From the human T2T-CHM13v2.0 reference genome, Homo sapiens, in the NCBI RefSeq assembly GCF_009914755.1, contig NC_060926.1: a stretch of DNA of 64,000 nucleotides; one strand, 5' to 3'. Of this stretch, positions 63,317-64,000 are shown in pieces (within the stretch, counting starts at the first letter, position 1; every line of letters begins with the position of its first letter). The position numbers were made by a program, and so were the translations under genes. The notes beneath the pieces were generated by a model. The model had not been told where the DNA came from and did not search any database. It was given only the letters and a program-made list of their open reading frames with translations.

Positions 63317-64000
63317 CTCCTGCCTTCTTATATTAATAAGAAAAATAAAACAAAATAGTGTTGAAGTGTTGGGGCAGTGAAAATTTTTGGGGGGTGATAT
63401 GGCGAGAGAATGGGTGATGTTTATCAGGGCTGCTTCAAGCGGGATTAGGGGCGGCGTGGGAACCTAGAGTGGGAGAGATTAAGCTGAAGGGAGGTCTTGT
63501 GGTAAGGGGTGATATTGTGGGGATGTTAGAAGAAACATTTGTCGTATAGAATGATTGGTGATGGCCTGGATACGGTTTTGGATGAATTGAGAAACTAAAT
63601 GGAAGATACAAGGTCTGAATAAAAGAAGGAGAAAAATGGGTATTAAAGGACTAAGAATTGGGAGGACCCAGGACATCCAATTAGAGAGTGCCCAAGGGGG
63701 TTCAGCGTAATTACTTGCTTGGTTGGCAAGTTTTGGGGCTCTATCCTTGAGTTTTTTTATGTTGTCATACACCAGGCCAGATTGATTTAGGTAAAAACAA
63801 CACTCCTCATTTATGAATATGCAGTCCTCCTTTTTCAGCAGTGAGTAAGTCAAGGCCTTGGCGGTTCTGGAGGACAACTGCAGCTAAAGAGTCAACTTGG
63901 GCCTGGAGGACTGATAAAGTTTGTGATATGTGTGTGATGCTAGCAGAGAAGTCATGAGACAGGCTACGGAAGGTCGTGACAGAGGTTGAAATGCCTGCTA
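63317..64000 (-). mobile_element. HERV-H internal sequence with frameshifted env TM remnant; continues beyond the window
   Basis: ISD LQNRQGLDLLTAEKGGL in one frame; CIFINEECCFYLNQSG and the membrane anchor in another (ORF 63479-63877). Confidence 0.9.

Overview
Human (hominid) genomic DNA covering the 5' part of TFPI (tissue factor pathway inhibitor) on the minus strand. It holds non-coding exon 1 (~59129-59421), the 122-bp alternative 5'UTR exon 2 (34299-34420, inside a MaLR/MLT1 LTR), the ATG/signal-peptide exon (8590-8712) and the Kunitz-1 exon (1817-2014). The rest is intron and upstream sequence rich in transposable elements: a four-level nest (old L1M > full-length L1PA > LTR10-like LTR > LTR2/Harlequin HERV-E-type provirus), a second full-length L1PA in the opposite orientation, several Alus, and an upstream SVA inserted at the end of a HERV-H (LTR7) provirus. 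I see no prokaryotic features, CRISPR array or new protein-coding gene. The best leads are regulatory hypotheses: a start-stop element and an AUU-initiated uORF in LTR-derived exon 2, inverted L1s bracketing that exon, TE-derived alternative promoters, and an antisense exon-like unit inside exon 1. TE subfamily names come from recalled consensus sequences and need RepeatMasker/Dfam confirmation.
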